Source: the human T2T-CHM13v2.0 reference genome, Homo sapiens. Taken from it: DNA of 64,000 nt. The position numbers and the translations under genes are program-made. The notes beneath the pieces were generated by a model. It was not told the DNA's origin and made no database searches. It saw only the letters and a program-made list of their open reading frames with translations. Location of the stretch: assembly GCF_009914755.1 (NCBI RefSeq), contig NC_060928.1. One strand, given 5' to 3'. Positions 62,599 to 64,000 of the stretch are shown one piece after another; within the stretch, counting starts at the first letter, position 1; every line of letters begins with the position of its first letter.

Positions 62599-63109
62599 TA
62601 TTTAGGTTATTTCCAGTGTTTGGCTATTAAGATAAAACTATGAACATTCTTACCCAAGTCCTTTTGCCAACATAAGCGCTCATATCTCATGATTATATTC
62701 TTAAGGGTAGAATTGCTGGGATAGATTAGGCATATGTTTCCTCCATTTAGTCATGGGACATTGCCCTTAAACCATTCAGTGGATATTAAACATTCACTGT
62801 GTCTAAGCAATAACCAAAATTATATCCTTTCCATGCAATGCAAAAAGTCTTCCATATTAATGTGTATTGTATATGAACTAGCAATGAAGATCTATCCACT
62901 GCTCAGTAAAGTAAGTTATAGCATCATTTGGAGATTATAATCAATTCTGTCATTTGAGAACTAAGAACATAGTAGAAATTCCTTTAGAGTTGCATTCTGG
63001 GAAATCAAAAGTGAATACAGCACAGAATTACTGCTTTTTCTTCTGTATTTTTATGTATTTATTTTTTGTTTGTTTTAAAATGTTATATATTGTCTTTTAA
63101 ACTTTTTAG

Positions 63110-63214
<105 letters not shown>

Positions 63215-63807
63215 TAATACTGGAGACAACTGTATTTAACTTTATCATGTTTTATATAGGTAGAAGAGAGTGTGTGTAAGGGTGTGTGTCGGAGGGGTGT
63301 TGTGGTTTCTTAGTTTGTAGAGATGAATATTAATTTTATGGTCTCTTTATACTTTTCTCCTTTGTTTATATATGTGTGTTTGATTATATTGGCAGTCTTT
63401 TAAAAAGAACTCAAATGTAAGTCAGTTTTAAAATTTTAGACCAAGGACGATTTATGTTGGTTTCATAATACTTTTAGTTACTTTTAAAAGTGACTAAGAG
63501 AAAATGAGTACTTTTAAATGTAGAATTAAACAGATACGTAATTAATTCCTACACACATAACTGTTCCATTCTTTCTCAATTCGTTGGATGTAGAAGTTAG
63601 AATAAGAGAATATTTGTACATGTGAATGTAACAAAGAAAACCCCCTTCTCTTTAAATTGGAGGTTAATAATCAACTGTAAATATAATATTTGGTCATCTG
63701 CCCTTCATTTTGATGCCTCACAAAACCTCAAGATCATTTTACATAGGTTTCATAAGGAGTAATATTGTAAAGGGTCTGTGATAAAAACAATCGCCATGGT
63801 ATTTATA

Positions 63808-64000
63808 TTTTAATTTTTAATTTTTATTTATTTTTTTTAAGACAGTCTCGCTGTGTCACCCAGGCTGGAGTGTGGTGGCTCAATCTTGGCTCACCGCAAC
63901 CTCCGCCTCCCAGGTTCTCGTGCCTCAGCCTCCCGAGTAGCTGGGACTACAGGCGCCCGCCACCATGCCTGGCTAATTTTTGTATTTTTAGTGGAGATGG
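63808..64000 (-). mobile_element. Alu, cut by the window end
   Basis: T-rich tail followed by reverse-complement Alu right arm. Confidence 0.9.

Overview
Human (primate) genomic DNA from inside SMARCAD1, a SNF2/Fun30-family chromatin-remodelling ATPase, transcribed on the + strand. The window starts in intron 2 and ends in intron 12. Ten coding exons (3-12) have canonical GT-AG sites and join into one open frame, roughly aa 64-558: acidic N-terminus, CUE1, CUE2, basic NLS-like tracts, Q-motif and Walker A DEMGLGKT. Intron 9 holds the alternative first exon of the skin-specific short isoform (donor CTG|GTAAGT at 43147/43148), the site mutated in adermatoglyphia, Basan and Huriez syndromes. The rest is intron rich in Alu, L1, L2, MIR, MaLR/ERV and DNA-transposon fossils. 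Almost all ORFs in the supplied track are repeat-derived or random. I see no new multi-gene system. The best leads are: a candidate poison exon in intron 2; Kozak-flanked uORFs and an internal acceptor inside the 'non-coding' skin exon; a 109-nt near-perfect hairpin upstream of exon 11; a tRNA-Cys 5'-half retrocopy with TSDs; a pure poly(A) insertion; a 29-bp templated insertion copied from 2 kb away; and nested transposon stacks. Exon coordinates were read base by base. Repeat boundaries and subfamily names are by eye and approximate.
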